IMG/VR virus record: IMGVR_UViG_3300045988_112257
Location: 1 to 40,438 of that record
DNA: 40,438 nt
Source of the DNA: a virus
Direction: 5' to 3' (one strand)
Positions 17,875 to 27,296 of the stretch are shown here, piece after piece. The notes under the pieces were generated by a model. It saw only the letters and a list, made by a program, of their open reading frames with translations, was not told where the DNA came from and searched no databases. Position 1 is the stretch's first letter; each line of letters opens with the position of its first letter. The position numbers and the translations under genes are program-made.

Positions 17875-20142
17875 ATGGTAGATGGCAGCATTATTTTTGA
17901 TACCGCGTTGGATACAGGCGGCTTTGAAAAAGGGGTGCAGCAACTTGGGAAAACAAACAAAGCCGCCGCAAATAGCGTGAATGAAACATCACGAGCTATA
18001 GAGGCACAAGTAAAAAAAGTCGAGCGGCTTCGCCAAGAACTGTTGCTTGCGCAAGATGTTTATAAAGAGGCAGAATATAGAGGGTTTAACACCGAGAACG
18101 CCGCCGTTGGCGTATATAACGCAAAACGCGCGGTAGCAAGTGCAACGGCTGAACTAAGAACAATGCAGAAGGCCGCAGATGATGTAGCCGCAGCTACTGA
18201 TAAACTCCCAACCAGTGCAGAAAAAGCGGCAGAAGCCGCGAAGAAGGCAGCCAAGGAAACCGAAGGAATAGGCAAGGCGGCAAAAAAGTCCGAAAACCAA
18301 GTGAGCGGGCTTGAAAAACGGCTCGTTAGGCTTGCCCAGCGGGTTTTGGTATTTAATGTTATCTTAAAAGCCTTGAACGCGTTTCGTGACTATCTGGGGA
18401 AAGCCCTAAAAACATCAAAGGAGTTTACGGCGGCATGGAATAATCTACGCGGGGCATTGCTCACGGCATTTCAACCGATATGGGAAACCATATTGCCGTG
18501 GCTGACAAAATTTGTAAATGTGCTTGCCAAGGTTATAACGTGGGTTGCGGCGTTTTTTTCGTGGCTCACTGGCAGGAGCCTTGCGGCAAGCTCAAAAAAT
18601 GCGAAAAACCTATACAAAGAAGCTAACGCGATAGAAGCCACTGGCAAGGCGGCAGACAAGGCCAAACTATCCCTTGCGGCGTTTGACGAGATAAATAACC
18701 TATCATCCAACAAGGATACTGGCAGCGGGGGCGGGAGCAGCGGTGTTACAACGCCCACGTTCGAGGTTGATACAAGCTATCTCGAAAAAGTTGAGGGCAT
18801 AATGAAGAAAATCGGCGGATGGGTGCTTGCCATAGCCGCAGGGCTTGGTGCGTGGAAGATAGCAAGCGCATTTGGCGCTGACCTAAAGAAGTGCATAGGA
18901 TGGTTTATGACAATATCCGGCCTTGTGCTTGGCATTACCGGCTTTTTAGACGCATGGAATGAAGGACTTAATTGGGATAATTTAATCCAGATACTCACGG
19001 GGGCGGCCTTGTTTGCTGGCGGCCTTGCTGTGCTGTTTGGCAAGGTTGGCGGTGCTATCGGGCTTATAATTGACGGCATTGCACTTATTGTAATAGGCAT
19101 TAAGGAATGGGTTGAACAGGGCGAGCTAACAGACCAAGCATTTGTAGCAATAGAGGCGGGAATAATCGCAATAGGCGCGGCACTTGCATTGCTGATTAGC
19201 CCGTGGGCGTTGGTTGTCGCTGCGATCGCCGGTGTTGCGCTTGCCGTATACAAATACTGGGACGAAATATCCGCATTTTTCCAGGGCGTTTGGGAGAAAA
19301 TAAGCGCCTTTTTTGTCGGCATATGGGAGAAAGCCAAAGAGATTTTTGCGCCCGTGGTGCAATGGTTTGACGATAATATAATAACTCCCCTTGTCGAATT
19401 TTTCAGAGGTTGGGCAGAGAGGACGGCAGCGGTATTTGAAGGCTGCTGGATTATTATTCAAGCCGTCTGGAAAATCGTTTCGGAGTGGTTTGACCAAAAC
19501 GTTATCCAGCCCGTTGTGACTTTTTTCAAGAAGCTTGGTGAGGACATTTCCCGCATATTCAAGGAGGCGTGGGAGGTAATAAAGCCAATATGGAACGCCG
19601 TGGCGGGGTGGTTTAACCAACACGTAATACAGCCAATAGTTAAGTTTTTTACCTCCGCATGGGACAAAATCAAAAATGCGTTTGTTACTGCTTTTGAAGC
19701 TATTTCGGCATTTGCAAAGAGCATTTTTAATAGCGTTATATCCATGGTGGAGGGTATTGTGAACCGCGTTATTAAAGCTATAAACGGCATAATTGGCGGG
19801 TTTAATAAGGTCGTAACGTGGGCGGCTGGGGTTATCGGCAAGGATTGGGGAGGAGTTGCGCTCCTGCCGGAAGTGCATTTGCCGAGACTGGCAGAGGGCA
19901 CGGTTGTACCCGCAAACCGCGAGTTTTTAGCCATGCTGGGCGATAACAAACGCGAAACCGAAATTGTATCGCCGTTATCAACCATGAAACAAGCGCTGAA
20001 AGAGGCGTTAAAGGAAAGCGGCATGGGCGGCAACATGAACGTTCAAGTTTTCCTTGACGGTCAAAAAGTATATGACAGCGTGGTTGACTACTCAAAGCGC
20101 GACATACGCCGCACGGGGCGATATCCGATTTTAGGAGAATAA
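17875..20142 (+). CDS. Tape measure protein.
   Basis: 755 aa, with a coiled-coil N-terminus, central hydrophobic segments and repeated W..I..WF..N.I.P units. Confidence 0.85.
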   Translation: MVDGSIIFDTALDTGGFEKGVQQLGKTNKAAANSVNETSRAIEAQVKKVERLRQELLLAQDVYKEAEYRGFNTENAAVGVYNAKRAVASATAELRTMQKAADDVAAATDKLPTSAEKAAEAAKKAAKETEGIGKAAKKSENQVSGLEKRLVRLAQRVLVFNVILKALNAFRDYLGKALKTSKEFTAAWNNLRGALLTAFQPIWETILPWLTKFVNVLAKVITWVAAFFSWLTGRSLAASSKNAKNLYKEANAIEATGKAADKAKLSLAAFDEINNLSSNKDTGSGGGSSGVTTPTFEVDTSYLEKVEGIMKKIGGWVLAIAAGLGAWKIASAFGADLKKCIGWFMTISGLVLGITGFLDAWNEGLNWDNLIQILTGAALFAGGLAVLFGKVGGAIGLIIDGIALIVIGIKEWVEQGELTDQAFVAIEAGIIAIGAALALLISPWALVVAAIAGVALAVYKYWDEISAFFQGVWEKISAFFVGIWEKAKEIFAPVVQWFDDNIITPLVEFFRGWAERTAAVFEGCWIIIQAVWKIVSEWFDQNVIQPVVTFFKKLGEDISRIFKEAWEVIKPIWNAVAGWFNQHVIQPIVKFFTSAWDKIKNAFVTAFEAISAFAKSIFNSVISMVEGIVNRVIKAINGIIGGFNKVVTWAAGVIGKDWGGVALLPEVHLPRLAEGTVVPANREFLAMLGDNKRETEIVSPLSTMKQALKEALKESGMGGNMNVQVFLDGQKVYDSVVDYSKRDIRRTGRYPILGE

Positions 20143-20145
20143 GCA

Positions 20146-20553
20146 ATGGCATTTGAAGGGTATTTGATGAAATCGTTTGGGACAACGTTCCCGCATAAGT
20201 ATATACAGATATCAACATATCAGACCACGCCGAGCCAACGGCAAGACCTCGACAGTTATCAGGACAGCAAAGGCAATTTGCACCGAACCGTCGTTCCGCA
20301 TGACCGCTCAAAGATAGTCTTTAAGACGATTGACGACCTAAAGCTTGCCGAGAAGCAGGAAATACAGGCGTTCTTTAACGGGGCTATGACCAACGCGCGG
20401 GAACGCAAGATAATCCTGACGTACTGGAATGACGAGGATAATATGTACAAGATGGGGTCCTTTTACATTCCTGATGTTACCTACCCCATAAAGCGGATTA
20501 TGGGGAACGATATCGTATATGATTCGGTTGAGTATCACCTAATCGAATACTAA
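20146..20553 (+). CDS. Distal tail protein-like component. The assignment is positional.
   Basis: It is the first gene after the tape measure gene. Confidence 0.4.
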   Translation: MAFEGYLMKSFGTTFPHKYIQISTYQTTPSQRQDLDSYQDSKGNLHRTVVPHDRSKIVFKTIDDLKLAEKQEIQAFFNGAMTNARERKIILTYWNDEDNMYKMGSFYIPDVTYPIKRIMGNDIVYDSVEYHLIEY

Positions 20554-20562
20554 GGAGGGCGC

Positions 20563-23025
20563 ATGAAAAGCTGGACGGATGAACAAAAAGCAAAATGGCG
20601 GAACAGCGATTCACGCCAAATTAAAGCAGAAATTGAACTTGGGCATTATACATGGGTGCCGCCCCCGCCCGAACCTGACGAACCGGACGTAGGCGAACCC
20701 GAACCGGGGGAAGTTAAAATAGCTTACAAAATAGAGCCTGGCGAGATTGTAGGGAACTCCACCAAGATAGACGAGGCCATATCCGATGCGGAAACCATCA
20801 AATATGGCACGGTACAGCCCGCAGCACTTGAAATACAGATTGTCGAAGATAGCGAGGAAGTAAGTGAGGTAGAGAGGTATAGCCAACATCTGGACGGATA
20901 CGTTAAAGGGCGCATCTGGGATTATGCGATAGGCCACAAGATAACGGTATATCTATGGGATACAAGTAATGTGTTTGAAATGAGGTCTCCTTATGTCGCT
21001 GAATTTTACATTGCTGGGGTTAAAGGCGAGGGCACGACAAAATTTAAGACTATCACGGCATATGACGCACTGAGCCTTTTTGACAAAGACGTTTCCGACT
21101 GGTACAACGGCCTTGACTTCAACGGGCTTACCCTTAAAGCGTTCCGTGAGAGCCTATGCACATATTGCGGCGTGGAATTTGAGAGCGTAACACTGCCCAA
21201 CGACAGCATGACCATAAGCCGCACAATGTCCGCAACGTCCATATCGGGGCGCGATATCCTTTCCGCGTGCTGCGAGCTCAACGGCTGCTGGCCTAAGATA
21301 GAGCTATGGGCAGCCGTACCGCCGGATTGGGATATCTCATTCATGGGAACGATAAATAAGCTCCGCTGGGTGACGCTTGGCAGCACCTCGTGCGAAACGT
21401 TTGATTACAGCCAATACGATTACACCTTCCGTCCCGACAGCACCCGCGAGGAATACGACTGCAAGGGCATTAACGCCGTTATCATACGGGCAACCGATGA
21501 TGATGTGGGCGGGCACTACCCCGCAACCGTGCAGGATAACCCGTATATAATTCAGGGCAATTTCTTATGCTTTGGCAAGACCACGGCGGAGCTTACCACC
21601 ATAGCGCAGAACGTATATAACCAAATAGCGAACAAGCCATACAGGCCGCACAAAACGGTTATAGCGGGGCGGCCATACCTTGAACCGGGTGACAAGGTGA
21701 CGGTGAAATTCGCCGAGGGCAACGGCGGGACATTTGACACCTATATACTCAAGCGCACAATGACGGGCGAGGCCGCCCTGCTGGATACCTATGAAGCCAA
21801 GGGGCAAAAGGAGCATCGGGAGCAGTACGGCATTTCCCAACAGATACAGCAGATACAGGGCAGGACAAACGAACTGACCCGAACGGTTGACGAAACCGTA
21901 AACACCATTACCCGCATCGAGTACCTCACCCCCGTTTTGTCGAAAACCGACCCGTCAACGGACTGGACGGACGATGAAAAGGCGGCAAAGGCGGGCTACC
22001 AATGGTTTGACGGTACTGACTTGCGCATATGGGACGGGGCTGCATGGAAGCTTACCATATACCCCGACTATAACCAAAGCACACAGCCCACAAACGCCAA
22101 GGAAGGGGAATACTGGTATAACCCGACAACGGGCGAGATAAAGAAGCTTGTCGGGGACACATGGACTGCCGATAGCACGGTATGCATACCCACAACATGG
22201 ACGCAGACCATGCAGACACAGCTAAAAATTACCGCCGAGGGCGTACAAAGCACCGTCACAAAGGACAACATCATATCCACCATAAATCAGAGCGCGGAGA
22301 GCGTGAGCATAAACGCAAGCAAGATTGACTTGACGGGCTATGTCACCATAAACTCCCTGAAAGCGGGGGGAACAACGCAGATTGACGGCGGGCGCATAAC
22401 CACGGGAAAAGTAGCGGCAGCGCGTATCGATGTTGATAATCTGTACGTTAAGCACCTGAGCGCGGCTGATGGTACTTTTTCGGGAACGCTTAACGCGGCG
22501 AACGGCACCTTTACCGGAACGCTGCAAGCCGCGAGTGGTACCTTTTCATCCCTTGACGCTGCGGGTGGGTATGTCCATTTTGGGTATGATTATATATCCG
22601 TTTACGGGGTCGAAATAGGGTGGATACCAAAAATAGCATCACAGATATGTATAGTGCCATCCGGCGCAGGCGTTGGCAACGTTGGCATAGGCGATTATTA
22701 TTGGGACCAAGTTAAAGCTAACCGCCACCCAACTGCATCATCGAGACGATACAAAAAGAACATACTCGCTGCAACTGAAACGGACTTTAGCGATATAAGC
22801 AAAGTCCGCATTGTGACATTTAACAATAAAACCGGCAGCGACGCAGGGCGGCAGATAGGCGTTATCGCGGAAGAACTGTATAAAGTATTCCCCTATGCTG
22901 TGTGCCTAAATGATGCCGGCGAGCCTGACGGCGTGGAATATGGCAAGTTGTCACTGCTTGCCATTGAAGCAATACAAAAACTTGAAAAGCGTGTGAAAAA
23001 CTTGGAAGAAAGGAGACTTATATGA
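20563..23025 (+). CDS. Tail-associated/tail fibre protein with a C-terminal intramolecular chaperone (peptidase S74-type) domain.
   Basis: 820 aa. The C-terminal ~95 aa (from 22738) read SSRRYKKNI...IGVIAEEL...GVEYGKLSLLAIEAIQKLEKRVKNLE. Confidence 0.65.
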   Translation: MKSWTDEQKAKWRNSDSRQIKAEIELGHYTWVPPPPEPDEPDVGEPEPGEVKIAYKIEPGEIVGNSTKIDEAISDAETIKYGTVQPAALEIQIVEDSEEVSEVERYSQHLDGYVKGRIWDYAIGHKITVYLWDTSNVFEMRSPYVAEFYIAGVKGEGTTKFKTITAYDALSLFDKDVSDWYNGLDFNGLTLKAFRESLCTYCGVEFESVTLPNDSMTISRTMSATSISGRDILSACCELNGCWPKIELWAAVPPDWDISFMGTINKLRWVTLGSTSCETFDYSQYDYTFRPDSTREEYDCKGINAVIIRATDDDVGGHYPATVQDNPYIIQGNFLCFGKTTAELTTIAQNVYNQIANKPYRPHKTVIAGRPYLEPGDKVTVKFAEGNGGTFDTYILKRTMTGEAALLDTYEAKGQKEHREQYGISQQIQQIQGRTNELTRTVDETVNTITRIEYLTPVLSKTDPSTDWTDDEKAAKAGYQWFDGTDLRIWDGAAWKLTIYPDYNQSTQPTNAKEGEYWYNPTTGEIKKLVGDTWTADSTVCIPTTWTQTMQTQLKITAEGVQSTVTKDNIISTINQSAESVSINASKIDLTGYVTINSLKAGGTTQIDGGRITTGKVAAARIDVDNLYVKHLSAADGTFSGTLNAANGTFTGTLQAASGTFSSLDAAGGYVHFGYDYISVYGVEIGWIPKIASQICIVPSGAGVGNVGIGDYYWDQVKANRHPTASSRRYKKNILAATETDFSDISKVRIVTFNNKTGSDAGRQIGVIAEELYKVFPYAVCLNDAGEPDGVEYGKLSLLAIEAIQKLEKRVKNLEERRLI

Positions 23026-23192
23026 ACAAGGCTGAGAAACGGGTCATAGAGAGCATATATGCCACTTTGGAGCAGACCATGCCCGTAACATCATACAGGG
23101 ACGTTGAAGCTAAATGCGGTGTGTTGCAATCGCTCAAACGGCTATATAACGGCGAGTTTGAGGACAAAGCGGAAAAGGAGAACGAAGGATGA
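23022..23192 (+). CDS. Small hypothetical protein (56 aa).
   Basis: Translated by hand. It has ATGA overlaps at both ends. Confidence 0.4.
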   Translation: MNKAEKRVIESIYATLEQTMPVTSYRDVEAKCGVLQSLKRLYNGEFEDKAEKENEG

Positions 23193-24406
23193 CCTACAAC
23201 ATCACCCTAACTGCCAACCACCAATCTTTGACCGCTGAATATCTCCCCCTTGCCGCAAACTCCGTGCAGTACCTTACCGCAAAGGTGGTATGCGAGACCG
23301 AGGACTGGACGGGGCGCGAGATTAAAGCAATGTTTGGGCAGGGCTGCACGGTACACGAGATAACCGTGACAGACGGGGAGATAACCGCCAAGCAGCAGCT
23401 TAACCTTACAGCGGGCGACTGGTGCGTGTGGCTTGTGGGCAACTCCGCACGGGATGGGGAAGTAATCCCGCGCATTACCACAAACATTGCGCATATCAGC
23501 GTAGCCCCGACAGGCGGCACGGAGGGTAATCCCTTCCCCACAATCCCGCCCACGGCGGAGGAGCAGCTACGGGCAGACATGGGCAATCTTTCCGACCTGA
23601 CCACGAAGGACAAAAGCAGCCTTGTGGCGGCGATAAACGAGGCGGCAGCGAGCGGCGGTGCCGCCGATGCCGTGACATACACCCCCCAAACCCTGACGGA
23701 AGAACAGAAGTCACAGGCCAGAACGAATATCGGGGCTGAAAAAGCAGGAACGGGATACACCAAGCCCGCTGACGGCATACCCAAATCCGACCTTGCGAAG
23801 AGCGTGCAGACAAGCCTTGCCAAGGCTGATACGGCTATATCCCTCGGTCTGACCTCTGCCACCCCCGGCCAGATAATCAAAGTAAAGACCGTGCAGGACG
23901 GCAAGCCGACGGAGTGGGAAGCGGTGGATATGGATGCAGAAAAATTACCAAAGTTCACGAAACTTCTTACATACACGATAACCGAAAATGAGCTTGCGGC
24001 ATCTCCGATAGCGTTTGTATGGGGAACTGCTCAAATTCCGAACTTGAACGATTTTAATGTTTTTGTGCTCACAATAGCGCGTCCTGACGGGGCAAAAATA
24101 GAATTTAGCAAGTGGGTGAGGCTCGAGATAAATAGAACCTTGTTGGGCAATATTTGCGGAACAGAAACGGCGGCAAGCTCACAATATACAATTACCGCCA
24201 ACAGGCTCTTTGGTTTTTGGATATCGGGAACCTACTATAACCCCAGCGACATTAGCGTGCCGGTTTTAGTGTCGCCGCGGTCAGCCCTAACATACCAATC
24301 AGATCTACCGGATTCCGAGCCTGTCACGTCGATTGGATTTACAAGTTACCTTGCCGATTATGGTTTGACGGCTGGAATTGTTGTGGAGATATGGGGGGCA
24401 AAATAA
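23189..24406 (+). CDS. Tail fibre / receptor-binding candidate.
   Basis: 405-aa ORF in the distal tail module. No recognisable motif was read. Confidence 0.35.
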   Translation: MTYNITLTANHQSLTAEYLPLAANSVQYLTAKVVCETEDWTGREIKAMFGQGCTVHEITVTDGEITAKQQLNLTAGDWCVWLVGNSARDGEVIPRITTNIAHISVAPTGGTEGNPFPTIPPTAEEQLRADMGNLSDLTTKDKSSLVAAINEAAASGGAADAVTYTPQTLTEEQKSQARTNIGAEKAGTGYTKPADGIPKSDLAKSVQTSLAKADTAISLGLTSATPGQIIKVKTVQDGKPTEWEAVDMDAEKLPKFTKLLTYTITENELAASPIAFVWGTAQIPNLNDFNVFVLTIARPDGAKIEFSKWVRLEINRTLLGNICGTETAASSQYTITANRLFGFWISGTYYNPSDISVPVLVSPRSALTYQSDLPDSEPVTSIGFTSYLADYGLTAGIVVEIWGAK

Positions 24407-24570
24407 TGAAAATATGTGAAAACGGCATAATCCGCGATATGACCGCGGAAGAGATAGCAGAGCTTGAAGCGCTTGCGGCAGAACAGCCCACGCCCGAACC
24501 TACACCGGAAGAAAGAATAGCAACGCTTGAAGAAGCGTTAAATATGCTATTATCGGGGGTGACGGAATGA
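24406..24570 (+). CDS. Small XkdX-like phage protein (54 aa).
   Basis: Translated by hand as MKICENGIIRDMTAEEIAELE...ERIATLEEALNMLL. It overlaps both neighbours. Confidence 0.4.
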   Translation: MKICENGIIRDMTAEEIAELEALAAEQPTPEPTPEERIATLEEALNMLLSGVTE

Positions 24571-24764
24571 CGGACGAACTGCGTAATAAAATCCTTGCGT
24601 ACAACCGCAGGATAAAGGCTGACCGTGCGGAGCGGGACGAGCTGCAAGCCAAGCTTGACCGCATCCGTGAGGCAGTAGATGGTATGACGGGGCTGCCAAG
24701 CGTATCAAAGCTGGCGGCATTTTTAGAGACTGTCAAAGAGATTATAAAGCCGAAGGAGGGCTAA
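24567..24764 (+). CDS. Small coiled-coil protein.
   Basis: ORF with an ATGA overlap to the upstream gene. Confidence 0.45.
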   Translation: MTDELRNKILAYNRRIKADRAERDELQAKLDRIREAVDGMTGLPSVSKLAAFLETVKEIIKPKEG

Positions 24765-24770
24765 AAAATA

Positions 24771-25514
24771 GTGAAAAGATACTTTGCAATGGTGCTTGCC
24801 GTTGTGCTGCTGTGCATATGCACGGGCGCACTGGCTATGGGCTGGGGACGCGCGGACAATCCGCCCCCGACCTACACCGTGACCGTCACTAAGCTGGACA
24901 AGGTGGCGACCACAAGCGGCGCGGCCTATACCCCTGCACCGGGCAAGGCTGCTACAGTCGGCACGGTGGTATACTTTACGGCAAAATTTGCAGATGCCGA
25001 AGGCAATTCCGTGCAGGGCACTATCAATCTTACGGATATGGACGTGCTGTATCTTGACGGCGATGTAGTCGCCGCGATAGTCACAGGCGCATACCCCGCC
25101 GTGCGGGCGGTATACGAGTATACCACCCCATTGGCGGAGCTGACCTATGACGGCAAGCCCGTGACCATAAGCGGGGATACTGTGACCATAGGCAGCTTGA
25201 CATTCGTCCGCCGCAATGGCGTGGCGGTAGATGTGTCCATAGCGGGCGGCCTTGCCGACCTGACCCGCGAGTTGAACACGCTGAGTATGACGCTTGACGA
25301 CATCTACGCGGGCAGGGTATACATGGACGATGCCGCGCTTGTGGCAAATCTCGGGCAGCACATCAAAGCCGAGGCCACGGCGGTATGGGGTGCTGATGGC
25401 GTGGTAGTGCGCACACCCGGCTTGCCGCAGACCGGCTCCGCGCCCGTGTATATAGGATTTGTGATGATACTGGCGGCTTTGGCCTTGGGGGTGCGTGTAT
25501 GGGCAAAAAGATAG
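24771..25514 (+). CDS. Secreted LPXTG cell-wall-anchored surface protein.
   Basis: GTG start. Signal peptide MKRYFAMVLAVVLLCICTGALA. The C-terminus has LPQTGS, the hydrophobic stretch APVYIGFVMILAALALGV, and the basic tail RVWAKR. Confidence 0.7.
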   Translation: MKRYFAMVLAVVLLCICTGALAMGWGRADNPPPTYTVTVTKLDKVATTSGAAYTPAPGKAATVGTVVYFTAKFADAEGNSVQGTINLTDMDVLYLDGDVVAAIVTGAYPAVRAVYEYTTPLAELTYDGKPVTISGDTVTIGSLTFVRRNGVAVDVSIAGGLADLTRELNTLSMTLDDIYAGRVYMDDAALVANLGQHIKAEATAVWGADGVVVRTPGLPQTGSAPVYIGFVMILAALALGVRVWAKR

Positions 25515-26176
25515 ACGATTTTGTCGCATACCTGAATAGCCATCTGGGCGACGCTTACGTCTGGGGCGCGCAGGGCGAAAGGGTAGACAACCGCGCCGAC
25601 CTCGAAAAATGGGTGCGGCGCAAGGAAACCTCACGCCGCGAGACCGAACGCGCCCTTGCGTACATCAAAAAAGCCGCCAAAACGCCGCTGTATGCTTATG
25701 ATTGCAGCGGCCTTATCGTTCATTGGCTTAGGGACATACGCGGGCTGATAGACAGCGATACCAACGCCCAAGGCTTATACAGACAGTGCAAGCAGCAGGG
25801 CAAGCTTGCCGCGTGGCAGATGCAAGCGGGGGATTTGGTATTTAGGTACAGCTTCGCCAAGGGCAAAATGGGACACGTGGGCGTGTATGTCGGCAACGGC
25901 ATGGTGATAGAGGCACAAGGCCGTGACGCTGGCGTAGTGATGCGCCATCTGTCTTACGGCGGCTGGACACATCAGGGCAGACACCCCGCGCTGGCCGAGG
26001 ATACCGCCCCAACCGTCTTTAGGCTGACATCGCCCATGATGCGCGGCGAAAACGTGGAGCTTATGCAGACCGCATTGAACGCCTGCGGTTACGATTGCGG
26101 CAAGGCCGATGGAATATGCGGCAAAGCCACAATGACGGCTGTAAAGGCGTTTGCAACAGCGCATACAGAGGTGTAA
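25499..26176 (+). CDS. Endolysin: NlpC/P60 endopeptidase with a C-terminal PG_binding_1 domain.
   Basis: Catalytic Cys context YAYDCSGLI, His context GHVGVYVGNGMVIEA, and C-terminal MQTALNACGYDCGKADGICGKATMTAVKAF. Confidence 0.8.
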   Translation: MGKKIDDFVAYLNSHLGDAYVWGAQGERVDNRADLEKWVRRKETSRRETERALAYIKKAAKTPLYAYDCSGLIVHWLRDIRGLIDSDTNAQGLYRQCKQQGKLAAWQMQAGDLVFRYSFAKGKMGHVGVYVGNGMVIEAQGRDAGVVMRHLSYGGWTHQGRHPALAEDTAPTVFRLTSPMMRGENVELMQTALNACGYDCGKADGICGKATMTAVKAFATAHTEV

Positions 26177-26177
26177 C

Positions 26178-26492
26178 ATGGAATGGTGGGGATGGTGTGC
26201 ATCAATACTGGGGGCGATTGTCCTTATTGCGCAGGGCATAAAGGCGGTAAGGGAAATAATAGCCCCCGCATTATCTATGCGCGAGAAGCTGGAGAAGGTG
26301 CTTGAGCATGATTCAAACGATCTGAAACGGTTTGATGAAATCAACACAAAATTTGCGCGGCAGGAAGTCACAAACCAAGCTATTATAACCGGCCTTGTGG
26401 CCCTGATAAACCATGAGATTGACGGAAACGGAATTGACGGGCTGAAAAACGCTCGTGCAGAACTTTTGCAACACATAATTGAAAGGAGATAA
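26178..26492 (+). CDS. Lysis-cassette membrane protein.
   Basis: N-terminal TM segment WWGWCASILGAIVLIAQGI followed by a helical region. It lies between the endolysin and holin genes. Confidence 0.4.
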   Translation: MEWWGWCASILGAIVLIAQGIKAVREIIAPALSMREKLEKVLEHDSNDLKRFDEINTKFARQEVTNQAIITGLVALINHEIDGNGIDGLKNARAELLQHIIERR

Positions 26493-26494
26493 AA

Positions 26495-26773
26495 ATGACG
26501 AACGAATTTTTTACCTGGGCGGTGCTTTTGACTTACGCGGGGGCGACCCTTGCAACCAGCCTTGTAACCCAGCTTATCAAGGGCGTGGGCTTTATCGACA
26601 AGATACCCACGCGCCTGACCAGCTATGTAATTGCGCTTGTGGTGCTTATTGCCGCCACCTTTTTCACCGGCGGCCTGACCCTTGAGGCGGGTGCGCTGTG
26701 CGTGATAAATGCCGTGGTTGTGTCCCTTGCCGCCAATGGCGCGTATGATGCCATAGCCCGCGACCGGAAGTAA
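26495..26773 (+). CDS. Holin.
   Basis: 92 aa with multiple hydrophobic helices and a charged C-terminus (ARDRK). It is adjacent to the endolysin gene. Confidence 0.6.
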   Translation: MTNEFFTWAVLLTYAGATLATSLVTQLIKGVGFIDKIPTRLTSYVIALVVLIAATFFTGGLTLEAGALCVINAVVVSLAANGAYDAIARDRK

Positions 26774-26840
26774 GCTTGCCGCCGCCCCTCTGCGACACTA
26801 AAAAGGTCGGAGGTGATAGGCCGATGAGAAGCCGGCCTGT

Positions 26841-27080
26841 GTGGTGGACAAAAATATTTTGCAGACCCTATCCCGTGCGGAGTGGGAAGGGATAATCTAC
26901 CAGCGGATTTTCAGCGAGCGTGACCGCTGGCTTGTGGCGCGGCATTTGCTGGATGGTGTACCGTATGACAGGCTTACAGCGGAGTATCAGGCGCGGTACA
27001 CAGATGCGCCGCTGGAGTATGACCAAATCCGCCGCCGATACAAGGCAGCGGAGAGAACCCTTATAAAATATGCCCCCTAA
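26841..27080 (+). CDS. Small helical, possibly sigma-r4/HTH-like protein.
   Basis: GTG-initiated ORF. The strong RBS ggaggtga at 26809-26816 serves an out-of-frame ATG at 26824 instead, so the start is uncertain. Confidence 0.4.
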   Translation: MVDKNILQTLSRAEWEGIIYQRIFSERDRWLVARHLLDGVPYDRLTAEYQARYTDAPLEYDQIRRRYKAAERTLIKYAP

Positions 27081-27099
27081 TGGGGGCTTTTTTATTTTT
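27072..27099 (+). terminator. Rho-independent terminator.
   Basis: gccccc-taat-gggggc followed by ttttttattttt. The stop codon lies in the loop. Confidence 0.75.
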
Positions 27100-27105
27100 G
27101 GGGGC

Positions 27106-27134
27106 TTGACATATGCTTGATGCTGTGGTATTTT
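27106..27134 (+). promoter_or_regulatory. Promoter of the mini-array transcript.
   Basis: TTGACA (27106-27111), a 17-nt spacer, then an extended -10 TGgTATTTT (27126-27134). Repeat 1 begins 7 nt downstream. Confidence 0.6.
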
Positions 27135-27140
27135 AATAAT

Positions 27141-27231
27141 GTCATCCGGCAACGGATGAGGATTGAAATATTTAACTTTTCGTTTTTGCGTCTGGGACGC
27201 ATGCCACCCGCTTGCGGGTGTGGATTGAAAC
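27141..27231 (+). CRISPR. Mini-array or solitary-repeat unit. Two type I-C-like repeat hairpins (27141-27169 and 27203-27231) flank one 33-nt spacer (27170-27202).
   Basis: R1 is GT-CATCCG-GCAA-CGGATG-AGGATTGAAAT. R2 is GC-CACCCG-CTTG-CGGGTG-TGGATTGAAAC. Both share the same architecture: a 6-bp stem, a 4-nt loop and an 11-nt handle of the ..GGATTGAAA[T/C] type known from I-C repeats. The stem carries a compensatory T>C / A>G change. The two repeats match at only 20 of 29 positions. Confidence 0.55.
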
Positions 27232-27267
27232 ATTATTTATCTTTGGTGGGGTTTCAAACCAAAGAAA

Positions 27268-27296
27268 AAGATGCACCGCAGTGTATCTTTTTTTTC
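27268..27296. terminator. Bidirectional rho-independent terminator, closing both the mini-array transcript and the convergent gene 27307..27576.
   Basis: aagatgcac-cgca-gtgtatctt (9-bp stem with one G-U pair), followed by a T-run on the + strand and tttttcttt on the - strand. Confidence 0.7.
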
